Shown: piece after piece, positions 28,144 through 38,144 of the stretch
Numbering within the stretch: the first letter of the stretch is position 1
How the letters are laid out: each line of letters starts with the position of its first letter
Assembly: GCA_964387845.1 (NCBI GenBank)
Contig: CAYLXA010000003.1
Coordinates: 96,001 to 160,000, forward strand
Source of the DNA: an uncultured bacterium
Lineage (GTDB): Bacteria; Omnitrophota; Omnitrophia; Omnitrophales; Abzuiibacteriaceae
Direction of reading: 5' to 3'
Length of the DNA: 64,000 nucleotides
Program-made: the position numbers and the translations under genes
Notes under the pieces: model-generated
Databases searched by the model: none
Seen by the model: the letters and a program-made list of their open reading frames with translations, nothing else
Told to the model about the DNA's origin: nothing

Positions 28144-29436
28144 TTACGCTTGCGCAAAAACTTCGCGTGCAACAATGCCGACAACGCCGAGCGCGACCGC
28201 ATTTTCACCGAAAGCAGACGGAATAATCTTCACCTGGCTCGAAGCTTCTTCGACCGACCACTCTTTAACAGATGCCTTAATCGCATCCAAAAGCGGCGCG
28301 CCGCAGTCCTCGATACCGCCGCCGATCACGACAATTTCGGGGTTAAATAAATTGACGAGAAACGCTACTTTTTTCCCAAAAAGATTCGCATGCTCTTCCA
28401 CCAATTTAAGCGCAAGCGGGTCTTTGTCCTTGGTTGCACGAACTACTTCTCTAAATGTAACTTTCGATAAATCTCCCGAAACATAATCCTTAATGAGCGA
28501 TGAAGATCCCTTCTTGATCATTTCAACCGCATGCGCGGTCATGCCGAGGTCCATTTCCCAACGGCCGATCCCAGTCGACATTTCCAGAATTTCTTCTTTA
28601 GACGCTTTCATGCTGGAGATGCCGAGTTCGCCGGCTGCGCCGGTTGCGCCGCGGTAAATTTCGCTGTTAATCAAAATGCCGGAACCGACGCCCGAGAACA
28701 TATAAATCATGTGCCGGACATCGCGGTCAAGGCCGAGCCACTTCTCGCCCAATACGGCTGCGTTCGCATCATTTTCCACAAACGTCGGAATATTAAGGCG
28801 CTTTTCAAAGGTATCTTTAATAGAAAGACAAACTGAAATATCTTTTTCGCCGAGACTTTGCGGCCATCGGATAGTCCTTCCTTTTTCGTCGATAATTCCC
28901 GGCACACCGACGCCTGCGCCTAAAATTTTTGATTTATCAATTTCTGATTTTTCGATAATTTCAACCGCCAAATCCACCATTTTTTGAATCATGGCTTCGG
29001 AGTTTTCAGGGATGCGTTCGCGCTTAATTTCGGAAATCACGTTAATTTCCAAATCTACGAGCACTGCAACCGTGCTGAGCATGTTAAGCCCGACGCCGAC
29101 GATATAACCGGCTTTGGGGTTCAATTCAACCAGGACCGGCTTACGGCCGCCCGTCGATTCATCCAGCTCGCCTTCTACAACCAATCCTTTTTTGATGTAG
29201 TGGCTGACATAGTTGGATACCGTGACAATGTTGAGCTCTGTGATTTTTGAAATATCGGTTCTTGAAATCGGGCCATTTTTCCGGATGACTTCAAGAATCG
29301 CAAGGTTTTTGCGCTCCTTGTCCGTCAAAATCCGATCTTTCAACATCTGCTTAATCACGGTAGCCTCCTTTGCAATAAATTTTTTGACAACATCTGCGTT
29401 CTGTTTTTCCAAACTTTCCACTATCTTCACCCTCAA
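28144..29436 (-). CDS. ROK-family transcriptional regulator (NagC/XylR-like)
   Basis: N-terminal wHTH followed by a ROK sugar-kinase-like domain with glycine-rich ATPase motifs. Confidence 0.75.
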   Translation of the reverse strand: MRVKIVESLEKQNADVVKKFIAKEATVIKQMLKDRILTDKERKNLAILEVIRKNGPISRTDISKITELNIVTVSNYVSHYIKKGLVVEGELDESTGGRKPVLVELNPKAGYIVGVGLNMLSTVAVLVDLEINVISEIKRERIPENSEAMIQKMVDLAVEIIEKSEIDKSKILGAGVGVPGIIDEKGRTIRWPQSLGEKDISVCLSIKDTFEKRLNIPTFVENDANAAVLGEKWLGLDRDVRHMIYMFSGVGSGILINSEIYRGATGAAGELGISSMKASKEEILEMSTGIGRWEMDLGMTAHAVEMIKKGSSSLIKDYVSGDLSKVTFREVVRATKDKDPLALKLVEEHANLFGKKVAFLVNLFNPEIVVIGGGIEDCGAPLLDAIKASVKEWSVEEASSQVKIIPSAFGENAVALGVVGIVAREVFAQA

Positions 29437-29490
29437 AACAAACGCCTAAAGATTTAAGCCGATTAAATCTAGAAGCGCAATGATTCGGTC

Positions 29491-30132
29491 TTATTCCGCA
29501 GAAACGCTGACGTTATCCAAATAAACCGAGCCGGCTTTTGGATTGCTGTTGATGTCGTCAAAAACAAGCACAAACTCTGTAAGCTGTTTCCAGTCACTGA
29601 TTTTTCTAAATTTTTCAAACGGAATCGAAAACTTCTGCCACTGATCCGTAATACCGTTCAAAATGTACGGCGAAGACCCCTTTGAATCTTTCACTTCCAC
29701 TTTTATCCTTTTCGTGAAACCTTTCTCAGCGTCACCTTTCAAATAAAAGTTTAGTGTGTTGTAGGATGTTGCATCCAGATTATTGAAACGCATCCAAAAT
29801 CCGTTGTAAGCCGGATTCGGAGAATCAACGTCATAGTCAAACCGAAGCGCGTATCCTGTCTTATCGCCCAAAGCATCGTCAGATTCAAAACTCATGCGGC
29901 AGCCTTGTGTTTCGTCATTGGGGTCCTTGTCCCATGAGCCAAAATCGCCGCCTAAATTGTTTGGCTTGTCCCCTGTATCAAAATCCGCCACCATCAACTC
30001 ATCGCTTCCTGAAGCAGCTTCTGCTCCGGATCCCGTTGAATCGCCATATTCCACTGCAAAAACAGACGCTGGGCCTGCAATGCAAAACAGAAAAATAAAT
30101 GCCGTAACCATCAACAAAGCTAACTTTTTCAT
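29491..30132 (-). CDS. Secreted carbohydrate-binding-module-like protein
   Basis: Signal peptide; beta-sandwich-like sequence ending VYLDNVSV (CBM-like). Adjacent to GH94. Confidence 0.4.
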   Translation of the reverse strand: MKKLALLMVTAFIFLFCIAGPASVFAVEYGDSTGSGAEAASGSDELMVADFDTGDKPNNLGGDFGSWDKDPNDETQGCRMSFESDDALGDKTGYALRFDYDVDSPNPAYNGFWMRFNNLDATSYNTLNFYLKGDAEKGFTKRIKVEVKDSKGSSPYILNGITDQWQKFSIPFEKFRKISDWKQLTEFVLVFDDINSNPKAGSVYLDNVSVSAE

Positions 30133-30512
30133 ATTGCCTCTCCTTTACGTTATTTGAATGACGCCAGCAAATTTGAAAATGCGACTGACTTCTTCGTTAT
30201 CAAGGTAACGCTTCTATTTAAATTGATGTGTATTAATTGATTAATTGAATGCAGGAATTTTTTGAAATGATTTAATTGGGATAAGGCAACGGAAGCACTC
30301 GAAACTTTTTCCACGGGACTCCAGGACTCACTTGGTTTTTTAGAACACTTGAACAATTTACCGCCCCCAGGTTAAAGCTAAGGAAAATATGCGGTTTAAA
30401 ACCACGTACAATCGGGACCAAAAAAAAGTCTTTAAAAAGCACTAAAAATTATATGCCTCTCAAAATTTGAAGTCAATAGAAAATTGATTAAAAAACTTTC
30501 TTAAAGCTTTTT

Positions 30513-30560
30513 GGGCAAAAAACAACCCAAGGCAAATATTTAAAATTCACCTTGGGTTGT
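30513..30560 (-). terminator. Intrinsic terminator downstream of GH94 gene
   Basis: CAACCCAAGG...CCTTGGGTTG hairpin with an A-run on the plus strand, i.e. a U-tail on the minus strand. Confidence 0.5.
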
Positions 30561-30569
30561 TATAACTGC

Positions 30570-33029
30570 TTAACCTAAAACAACTTCGACAACATGAGGT
30601 CCTTTTCCTTTTTGAGGAGGAATCACATTGCCGTCTATTTTTTTGCCATTTACCTTAAGTACCCGGACTCCCGAAGACACGCCATCAGGGTTCTTGACCT
30701 TAATATCGTAAGTTGCCCCTCTGAAAAGACGGCGCATTCTGAAACCATCCCATTTTCTTGGGATAACCGGGTTAATTTTAAGGCCTTTCACGCTCGGTTG
30801 AACGCCTAAAACATAATTGAGTGCGACCCGGTAATTCCAGCCGGCGGCGCCGGTATACCAAGTCCAAGCAGCACGGCCCGGATGTGGGGATTCGGGGCCG
30901 TCTACGTTGCCGGGAAGTACATAAGGCTCGCCGTAGTAGCTATCGGCATCTTTGCCGCGAATTGCCGGCGAAAAGCTTTGATAGCATTTATGGGCCTTAT
31001 CACCTTCGCCCATAATGGCAAGTGCTTGAATCGCCCAATTGCCTGCATGTGTATACAAACCGCCGTTTTCACGAACCGCCGGCGCGTAGCGCGTAATATA
31101 GCCGATGGTCGGATCTGTTTTTGTGTAAGCCGGCGTTAACAGCAATGGGCCGTACGGCTTAAATAATTTGTGCTCCGCGGACTTCATGCAGATCTTTGCG
31201 CGTTCAGGCGTTGCAACGTCATTGATAACTGCCCAAGTCTGCGTATTCAGGAAGATCTGCCCTTCACCGCTCGTTTTGCTTCCAAGCGGACGGCCGTCGT
31301 CGCGTGTCGCGCCAATGTACCATTCGCCGTCCCAACCGTGCTTGTTGATGGCTTCTTTAAGCGCGGCGGCACGTTTTGCATAATACTTGGTACGCTTCGA
31401 GTCTTTCTTGTTCGGGCAAACCGTATCGGAGAAGCGCATTAAAATTCCGTAAAGGAATTGGCCCAACCAAACTGATTCACCTTTCCATTTAAGACCAACG
31501 TGGCTCAAGCCGTCGTTCCAATCGCCTTCGCCGATCAGCGGCAATCCGCGCTTCGACCAACGAGAGAAAACTTTGTCAATCGCACGGTTGCAATGATCAT
31601 ACAAAGTGCCTTTTGTGACTTTTTTGGTTTTGGGATCCGGCAAAAATTCGACAACTTGATTCAAAATCGAAAAATCGGCCGTTTCATCAATATAGTGGAC
31701 CGTTAAAAACGCAAGCCACAACAAATCGTCCGTCATGTGCGTAATAGCGCCCATGCTGGTTCCCGGATGCCACCAGTGATACACGGTTCCGTCCGGAAAT
31801 TGCTGTGAAGCGTGAAGCAAGATCTGCTTTTTGGTCAGTTCCGGCTTGATCGGTAAGAAAACGTGGCTGTCTTGCAGCTGATCTCTGAATCCGATTCCGC
31901 CTGAGGATTGATAGTAACCGCATTTTGCCCACAACCGGCCCGAAATGGCTTGGTACTTCAGCCAAATATTGGTGAAGAAGTTCATCGCATCGTCCGGCGT
32001 TTCGATAAAAGTAGGGGTTATAAAATCTTCCCATACCTGCTTAGCGCGATCTAATGCTTTCCAAACAGCCCCTTCGGTTTTGAAGTTGCGGATTAACTTT
32101 TCGGCTTCGGCGCGCGTATCCGCTTTTCCGAGTACAAAAATCACGTCTTTTGTCTCGCCCGGTTTTAAATCAACATTGACTTGGAGCGACGCGGTTGCAT
32201 CATAATGCTTTCCGTGTGTGCCTTTGAGCTGCCCTTCTACGACAGACTGAGGAGCGCGAATTCCGCCGTAACGGCCGAAAAACGTTTCTTTGTCGCCGTC
32301 AAATCCCGCAGCCGGCATATTGGTAACCGCATGAAAAGATTGAAGCGGTTTTTCGGAAAGCCCGGAGGAAATAAACCCCGGGACAAGTGCGCGGCGTTTC
32401 CAGCCGTAAATAGCGCCTAGTTTTTCATCGAAATCCGTTTCGATAAACGTTTTTTGGAATTCGCGGTGTGTATCGGCTGCGTTTCCGAGGCACCACTCAA
32501 AATAAGTAAACAAGCTCAGCTTGCGCGGCGAATCTGATTCGTTTGTGATCGAAACATTCCAAACTTCGACAGGATCTTTGGCATCCACAAACACTGTTTT
32601 TTCGATGCGGATTCCTTTGTAGAGACTCTTCAGAACCGAATAACCTTGCCCGTGGCGGACTTCGTAAAAATCATACTCGGTGCAGCAGGGTTTCCAGGTT
32701 GCAGACCAAAATTCTTCCGACTCATTGTCGCGAACATAGATGTATTTGCCCCACTCGTCCTTGATTAAGTCCTGTTCCCAACGTGTGATGCGCGACAAAT
32801 TGGAATTTCCGTACCATGAAAATCCGGAACCGGTCTGTGATTCAATCATCCCGTAATCGGGATTTGCAATTACGTTGACCCACGGACGCGGCGTATCAGG
32901 GCGCGTGATCACATATTCACGGCCGTCCTTTGTGAAGTAGCCGTATTTATTCTCGAATTTTTTTTCTTCTTTTGTTGCACCTGACTTCTGCTTCATTTTT
33001 CTCTCCCCCGCTAATGCTTGAGCGCTCAT
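30570..33029 (-). CDS. GH94 glycoside phosphorylase (cellobiose/cellodextrin/chitobiose phosphorylase family)
   Basis: N-terminal YGYFTKDGREYVITRPDTPRPWVNV resembles the cellobiose phosphorylase N-terminus. About 800 aa, as in GH94. Confidence 0.7.
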   Translation of the reverse strand: MSAQALAGERKMKQKSGATKEEKKFENKYGYFTKDGREYVITRPDTPRPWVNVIANPDYGMIESQTGSGFSWYGNSNLSRITRWEQDLIKDEWGKYIYVRDNESEEFWSATWKPCCTEYDFYEVRHGQGYSVLKSLYKGIRIEKTVFVDAKDPVEVWNVSITNESDSPRKLSLFTYFEWCLGNAADTHREFQKTFIETDFDEKLGAIYGWKRRALVPGFISSGLSEKPLQSFHAVTNMPAAGFDGDKETFFGRYGGIRAPQSVVEGQLKGTHGKHYDATASLQVNVDLKPGETKDVIFVLGKADTRAEAEKLIRNFKTEGAVWKALDRAKQVWEDFITPTFIETPDDAMNFFTNIWLKYQAISGRLWAKCGYYQSSGGIGFRDQLQDSHVFLPIKPELTKKQILLHASQQFPDGTVYHWWHPGTSMGAITHMTDDLLWLAFLTVHYIDETADFSILNQVVEFLPDPKTKKVTKGTLYDHCNRAIDKVFSRWSKRGLPLIGEGDWNDGLSHVGLKWKGESVWLGQFLYGILMRFSDTVCPNKKDSKRTKYYAKRAAALKEAINKHGWDGEWYIGATRDDGRPLGSKTSGEGQIFLNTQTWAVINDVATPERAKICMKSAEHKLFKPYGPLLLTPAYTKTDPTIGYITRYAPAVRENGGLYTHAGNWAIQALAIMGEGDKAHKCYQSFSPAIRGKDADSYYGEPYVLPGNVDGPESPHPGRAAWTWYTGAAGWNYRVALNYVLGVQPSVKGLKINPVIPRKWDGFRMRRLFRGATYDIKVKNPDGVSSGVRVLKVNGKKIDGNVIPPQKGKGPHVVEVVLG

Positions 33030-33050
33030 CTTTCCTGTTCCTTTCTGAAT

Positions 33051-34334
33051 TTAATTTTTCGATTTTAAAAGTTCATTCACCTTTGGTGCAATTTTAGCTG
33101 CAGCTTCTTCGGCGGTTTCTTTTCCGTTAAACAACAAATCAAATTCCGGCTGAATAATTTTTGCTTCTATTTCGCGCCACCTGGGGTGAAAAGGGTCAAA
33201 AACAATATATTTTACTGCTTCGTTAAGCATCGACTTATTTTCCGGAAGGCCGGGATGTGTGGCCCAATGAGGCCCTTTCGAAACCGACTGAAGCGCCGGC
33301 TGCGCAAGGCCGCGTTCGGCGAGCTGAATTTGGCCGGCCGGACCCGTCAGAGCTTTTACAACTTCCCAGGCTTCTTTTTTATGTTTTGATGATTTTAAAA
33401 CACCGTAGCCGGACCCGCCGGTTCCAAATTTCCGAACGCCTTTCGAATTTTTCGGAAACATCGCAACATCCCAATTAAAAGAATAATTCCGGAGGCTCGG
33501 TGTTTCCCAAATGCCCGACATAAGCATCGCAAGCCGGCCGCTTGAAAACATGGTGTCGACCCCCATGCCCAAATTCGCTAAAGCAACCGGCGTCGGCATT
33601 ACGCGGTGAATATTAATCAGATCTGAGAAAAATTGAAGGCCTTCGACTGAAAGCGGGTCATCGATTTTCGTAACGGTCGGATTTTGAACATCGTCCACGA
33701 GCGCGCCGCCGTTTCCGTAAATAAAATTCTGCCAAGCCCAGCCGTAAAAACCGTATTGAACAATGCGCCCCGCTTCATCTTTTTTAGTCAAAGTTTTGGC
33801 TTTTTCCAAAAGATCATCCCAGTTCCAATCATCGCTCGGATATGGGATGCCGGCTTCGTCAAATAAATCCTTATTGTAAAAAACACAGGCAAACGGCGCC
33901 ACGTCGCGCGGAATTGCGTATACGTTTCCTTCTACTGTAAAACGGCTCAAAATCTCCGGGAAAAAATCACTTTTCTGAAAATCAGGATCGGATTCTATAA
34001 AAGGCGCCAGATTCTCAAACACGTTTTTCCCGGCAAACGTAACGAAATAATTCACTTCGGTTGCAATTACATCGGGCGCCGCGCCGCCCGCAATTCTGGT
34101 TAGGATCTTGCTGTCATAGCCGGAATACGGCGTATGTTCCAATCTGACTTTAATATGCGGATTTTTCTCCTGCCAAGGCTCAATGGCGCGCGTAATAATA
34201 TCGATTTCCTGGGGGCTCCCCCAGAATGCAACTTTAATCTCAATAGCACCATTATCGTCTTCGGTCTTTGCACAACCGTTAAAAAAAGCGCCGACTAAAG
34301 TCGATAGAGCGATAGCAAGAATTAATTTTCTCAT
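33051..34334 (-). CDS. ABC transporter sugar-binding lipoprotein (solute-binding family 1)
   Basis: Lipobox FFNGC; periplasmic binding-protein fold. Confidence 0.7.
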   Translation of the reverse strand: MRKLILAIALSTLVGAFFNGCAKTEDDNGAIEIKVAFWGSPQEIDIITRAIEPWQEKNPHIKVRLEHTPYSGYDSKILTRIAGGAAPDVIATEVNYFVTFAGKNVFENLAPFIESDPDFQKSDFFPEILSRFTVEGNVYAIPRDVAPFACVFYNKDLFDEAGIPYPSDDWNWDDLLEKAKTLTKKDEAGRIVQYGFYGWAWQNFIYGNGGALVDDVQNPTVTKIDDPLSVEGLQFFSDLINIHRVMPTPVALANLGMGVDTMFSSGRLAMLMSGIWETPSLRNYSFNWDVAMFPKNSKGVRKFGTGGSGYGVLKSSKHKKEAWEVVKALTGPAGQIQLAERGLAQPALQSVSKGPHWATHPGLPENKSMLNEAVKYIVFDPFHPRWREIEAKIIQPEFDLLFNGKETAEEAAAKIAPKVNELLKSKN

Positions 34335-34337
34335 GAA

Positions 34338-34862
34338 TTAAGCCCAGACCCTTCGTGTGACGGTTTCTTTGACTTCCTTGGTGGGGTAAATATCAAAAAT
34401 GATTTCATCGGGCTGGAACCACAATTTGATTTCACGCTCGGCTTCTTGTTGATTAGAAGAGGTATGGACGACATTCTCATAAACACCTTTTGTCGTAATT
34501 CGCCCGAATTGCCCTCGAATAGAAACCGAGTCAGCTTCTTCCGGATTTGTAGCACCCGAAATATTCCGGCATTTTTGGATAGCGCCTTCACCGGCATACA
34601 CCAGCGCCAGCACCTTTTTGCGGCTATGATATTCGCCCTGCAAATATCCGATCAATTCTTCAAAGAAAGGTTTTTCGCGGAGATGATAATAATGCTCTTC
34701 TGCCAGCTCACGGGAAACACGAATGCATTTGGCAGCAGCAATCTGCAATTTTGTTTCCGAGAGACGTGTTAACACATTCCCTGTTAACGACTTAGCAAGC
34801 CCGTCCGGCTTGATTAAAACCAGCGTTTGTTCCCAACCCATCGGCGTTTTTTCTTTTTCCAT
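34338..34862 (-). CDS. ndk: Nucleoside diphosphate kinase
   Basis: TLVLIKPDG and NVVHTSS (NxxHGSD-like) active-site His motif. Confidence 0.8.
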   Translation of the reverse strand: MEKEKTPMGWEQTLVLIKPDGLAKSLTGNVLTRLSETKLQIAAAKCIRVSRELAEEHYYHLREKPFFEELIGYLQGEYHSRKKVLALVYAGEGAIQKCRNISGATNPEEADSVSIRGQFGRITTKGVYENVVHTSSNQQEAEREIKLWFQPDEIIFDIYPTKEVKETVTRRVWA

Positions 34863-35152
34863 TGAACCAACTTTTTAAAAAGGGTTTCTGAACTCGGCAT
34901 TCAAATCCAAAGATTGAATTTTCCTATTGATGATACGGCGGAAAAACAGCCCCGGAGCAAAATGAAAAGTTCGGGAATTATAGCATAGGAGGGTTGATTG
35001 TCAAATGGGTGTTTTAGATGTATTTTTGACAAAATAAATGGAAAAAATCAAAGTTTCATCTATACTTTTATTCTTTAAAAAATAAGCAATCCAAAATCGC
35101 GATACACGGGCATGTCATATAAAATTAGGCTTGATTTCACAAGCTTTACCTC

Positions 35153-36115
35153 ATGAAAAAAGCTATATCAGCGCTTGTTTTTTCTTTGTTCATTATCGCT
35201 CAGGTATTCGTTCTTTGTGAATTAGGAATCCGCACTTACGAATATTTCGTTTATAAAATCCCTTTCCTAAGGTCTATTAGTACTCATTTTGACCCAAAAT
35301 TTGGGTGGGTTGGTTCGCAAGGCGTCTTTTCTTCTTCCCGGCCTAATTTGACTTTATTCGTTGTCGGCGATTCTTATACAAATGGAGAGGGGGTTTCGAC
35401 CGAACACGTTTATTACAACTACCTTCAGCATTACGCAAAAGCATACGTTTTTGTATACGGCGGGTCGGGTTTCGGAAATTTACAAGAATATTTGGTCATG
35501 GACGAATACCTAGATTTGGTCAATCCGGATTTGATTTTGTGGCAAGTAGACGGAAATGATTTTGAGAACAACACATGGGAAATTGAAAGAAGCACATCAA
35601 GAACCGGCAACATCATGATACGGCCTTACTTAATCAACGGAAAGATAGAATACCGGCATCCCAGGCCTTACGGATTTCTTGCCATTCGTTCAAGGTTTTT
35701 TTATAGAGTTTTGATAGCGATCGAAAAATATCAAAAACTACTCACACAGAAAGGCATTATTCTTAATCACGATTCGGAAATCAAACGCAAATATTTTGAT
35801 GCATCTTATAAAGTTACAGCTGAAATTGTGAAAATGGCAAAACATCGTGCCGGCAAAACCCCCGTGGTCGCTTTTATCTCTGACGGAACTTCTGAACGCA
35901 TTAAATCATTTTCTAAGATTTTTAAGGAGAATGGAATTCCCTTTATCGATCAGGTTCCGCAAGTCATGATTGAAGAAACTCGAAAAAGAAAGAAAGATCT
36001 AAGCGCAGGGCCCGGAGTTGGCCACTGGTCTCCCGAGGGGCATTTGATTGTCGCGCAATTTTTAGTGAAGGAATTGATCGAACTAGGTTATTTCCCGCCA
36101 GAATCTCAAACTTGA
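35153..36115 (+). CDS. SGNH/GDSL-family hydrolase, membrane-anchored
   Basis: N-terminal TM; GDSYT (block I) and VDGNDF (block III). AT-rich. Confidence 0.5.
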   Translation: MKKAISALVFSLFIIAQVFVLCELGIRTYEYFVYKIPFLRSISTHFDPKFGWVGSQGVFSSSRPNLTLFVVGDSYTNGEGVSTEHVYYNYLQHYAKAYVFVYGGSGFGNLQEYLVMDEYLDLVNPDLILWQVDGNDFENNTWEIERSTSRTGNIMIRPYLINGKIEYRHPRPYGFLAIRSRFFYRVLIAIEKYQKLLTQKGIILNHDSEIKRKYFDASYKVTAEIVKMAKHRAGKTPVVAFISDGTSERIKSFSKIFKENGIPFIDQVPQVMIEETRKRKKDLSAGPGVGHWSPEGHLIVAQFLVKELIELGYFPPESQT

Positions 36116-36119
36116 CGGA

Positions 36120-36539
36120 TCATTTCTTAACCAAGCCGTTATAGAAATCGTTTTCCAATTCAGCAATCGTCTTAATTAGGATAGGCAAAATGGTGCTATT
36201 AATGTTCACCATACCGCTTTTCAGTAGTGAATCTACTTTTTTAAGATAAAACTCGGGGGGGTTTAAGATTGCTGTGTTCTGGTTGACGCGGAACCTTTCG
36301 ATAGCCAATTTAACAGCAGTTTTTTTATCGAAATCGGAAAGCTGGTCCCATTGCTTAAGATGTCTTGTTAAAGAATTCATAACAATAATATCCGCTTTCA
36401 AAGAAGATGCTTTTGCGTTTATGCCGTAAGACGCGATGCTTTCCGGATTCATCATAACGGCAAGAGTAATTGCGCTTGTTAAGATAAAAAATGCGGCTGA
36501 AAAAATCGGGATTTTTTGATTTGATTGATTTTGTTTCAC
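36120..36539 (-). CDS. Hypothetical small membrane protein (start uncertain)
   Basis: The ORF-track N-terminus runs into the tRNA-derived repeat; GTG at 36539 is a more plausible start. AT-rich. Confidence 0.3.
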   Translation of the reverse strand: MKQNQSNQKIPIFSAAFFILTSAITLAVMMNPESIASYGINAKASSLKADIIVMNSLTRHLKQWDQLSDFDKKTAVKLAIERFRVNQNTAILNPPEFYLKKVDSLLKSGMVNINSTILPILIKTIAELENDFYNGLVKK

Positions 36540-36567
36540 AATAATTTTAATCCAAAATGCCAAAATG

Positions 36568-36592
36568 GCGGAGAGATAGGGATTCGGCGCCC
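36568..36592 (-). repeat. Duplicate of tRNA-Ser(GGA) 3' end (AAAATGGCGGAGAGATAGGGATTCG)
   Basis: Exact 25-nt direct repeat of 36744-36768; att-like duplication. Confidence 0.55.
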
Positions 36593-36747
36593 TCCGCGCG
36601 CAATCCGCGCTCCGGGTCGGCCACCCGCCCTGCAAACCTGATGCTCAGCTTTACTTCGCATCATGCAGGGCTCCCTTCGAATCCCTCATGCCACACCGTA
36701 GGCGGCTTCCTCAGCCGCCACGGTGCCGTCATTTTTCATCAGAAAAA

Positions 36748-36839
36748 TGGCGGAGAGATAGGGATTCGAACCCTAGAGACCCCGTTAAGGGCCTACGTAC
36801 TTTCCAGGCACGCCCGTTCGACCGCTCCGGCATCTCTCC
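36748..36839 (-). tRNA. tRNA-Ser (anticodon GGA), CCA encoded
   Basis: Reverse complement folds as a class II tRNA: acceptor GGAGAGA/TCTCTCC, anticodon loop CTGGAAA, long variable arm, T-loop GGGTTCGAATCCC. Confidence 0.85.
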
Positions 36840-36909
36840 GTAATTACAAAATATAAACAGGTAAAAAGGCTGGTATTATATCAACCTGCGCGCCAAATGA
36901 AACGGAATA

Positions 36910-37479
36910 TTAATGCTGATGCCCGTCATGATCAGAGTGCGGCGGGGCAGGCTGGTTTGGGTTTGGTTGTAACGGCGGCATTGATGTCTGAAGAAAGCGC
37001 TGCATATTCATGCGCTCATCATTAATCTGTTTAATCACCACATCAAGCTCTTCTTTTGGTGCTTTCTTATCGATCAAATCCTTATAAGCTTTCCCCAATT
37101 CATCCAACTTTGCTTTGTGAGCTAGAAATTCCTGGTCAAAAACTTTTTGAGCGTCTGCCGACATATTTGAAACCAAGGGGGGCCGGCTTGCAAGCGACCG
37201 TGATTTCCCTTGAATTCTTTGGGTGATTTCTTCGATTTCGGCAGGTTTAGCACCGCGGTCTACCATTCCGCGCCGCTCCTCAATCATTACTTTTAACTCT
37301 TGCTGAAGGGCTTGCCTATCTTCCTGGCCGGTTTCCGACATTCCGGCAGCAGAAAATGAAACAAATAAACACACCGATGCAAAGAAAAAACATACTGCTC
37401 GATTGTTAAAAATTTTTTTGCTAATCATTGGATTCTCCACGAATTGAAATAATTTTAGCACTTTGAATGAAAGATGCAA
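36910..37479 (-). CDS. Periplasmic protein with His-rich C-terminus (possible Spy/CpxP/ZraP-like)
   Basis: Signal/TM segment, helical charged repeats, C-terminal HSDHDGHQH. Confidence 0.3.
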   Translation of the reverse strand: MHLSFKVLKLFQFVENPMISKKIFNNRAVCFFFASVCLFVSFSAAGMSETGQEDRQALQQELKVMIEERRGMVDRGAKPAEIEEITQRIQGKSRSLASRPPLVSNMSADAQKVFDQEFLAHKAKLDELGKAYKDLIDKKAPKEELDVVIKQINDERMNMQRFLQTSMPPLQPNPNQPAPPHSDHDGHQH

Positions 37480-37492
37480 TTGCCGTTTCGGG

Positions 37493-37990
37493 TCAGCGTT
37501 TTTCCTTTCGCAGATTCTTAAAGAAGCTTTGCAGCAGCATTTTTGACTCCATCTCTAAAATCCCGCTTGTTACTTTTAATTGATGGTTTAAGCGGTCATC
37601 TTTATGAAGATTGTAAAGCGTGCCGCAGGCGCCGAACTTCGGATCCGGTGCACCGAAAATCAAATTTGCGCAATGTGCAAGCAGCAAAGCGCCCGCGCAC
37701 ATCGGGCACGGTTCGAGTGTCACGTAAAACGATACGCCTTCCAAAGAACCTCGATGCTCAGGGCCGCCCTGTTCATGCAGAAAATCAGACGCCTGTGTGA
37801 TTGCGATCATCTCAGCATGTGCAGTCGGGTCATGCAAAAGTTCGACTTGGTTATAGCCTTTTGCAATGACGCGGTTTTTGTAAACCGCGACAGCACCGAC
37901 AGGGACATCTCCCTTTTCAAATGCGCGCTTGGCTTCTTTTAACGCCTCACGCATGAAAGTTTCATGAATGCTTTTTTGTTCGTTTTCCAT
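37493..37990 (-). CDS. tadA: tRNA-specific adenosine deaminase
   Basis: HAEMIAI and PCPMCAGAL zinc-binding deaminase motifs. Confidence 0.85.
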   Translation of the reverse strand: MENEQKSIHETFMREALKEAKRAFEKGDVPVGAVAVYKNRVIAKGYNQVELLHDPTAHAEMIAITQASDFLHEQGGPEHRGSLEGVSFYVTLEPCPMCAGALLLAHCANLIFGAPDPKFGACGTLYNLHKDDRLNHQLKVTSGILEMESKMLLQSFFKNLRKEKR

Positions 37991-38060
37991 TATAATGCTT
38001 TCTCGCCTTTATTCCTTTTTACCCATCATGCGGCCATAGCTTCCGCCAAACTGCGCGGCG

Positions 38061-38105
38061 GACCCGCCATGCTTTGTGGCGGGCAATTGAATATATTAAG
38101 GCTCT
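38061..38105. repeat. Paired-hairpin REP-like element, copy B
   Basis: CCGCCAAACTGCGCGGCGG-ACC-CGCCATGCTTTGTGGCGGG. Confidence 0.45.
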
Positions 38106-38144
38106 GTTTTTTATATTAACTTTCCGCTACAATATCGACTTCAT

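Noticed and set aside
36568-36745. Possible tmRNA or second tRNA gene between the two copies of the tRNA-Ser 3' end
   Set aside because: The segment shares only the acceptor/T-arm-like 25-mer with a tRNA. It has no D-arm, no anticodon arm, no tag-peptide reading frame ending ALAA, and no GGTTCGA T-loop of its own. It is better explained as an att-type duplication plus an unrelated hairpin.
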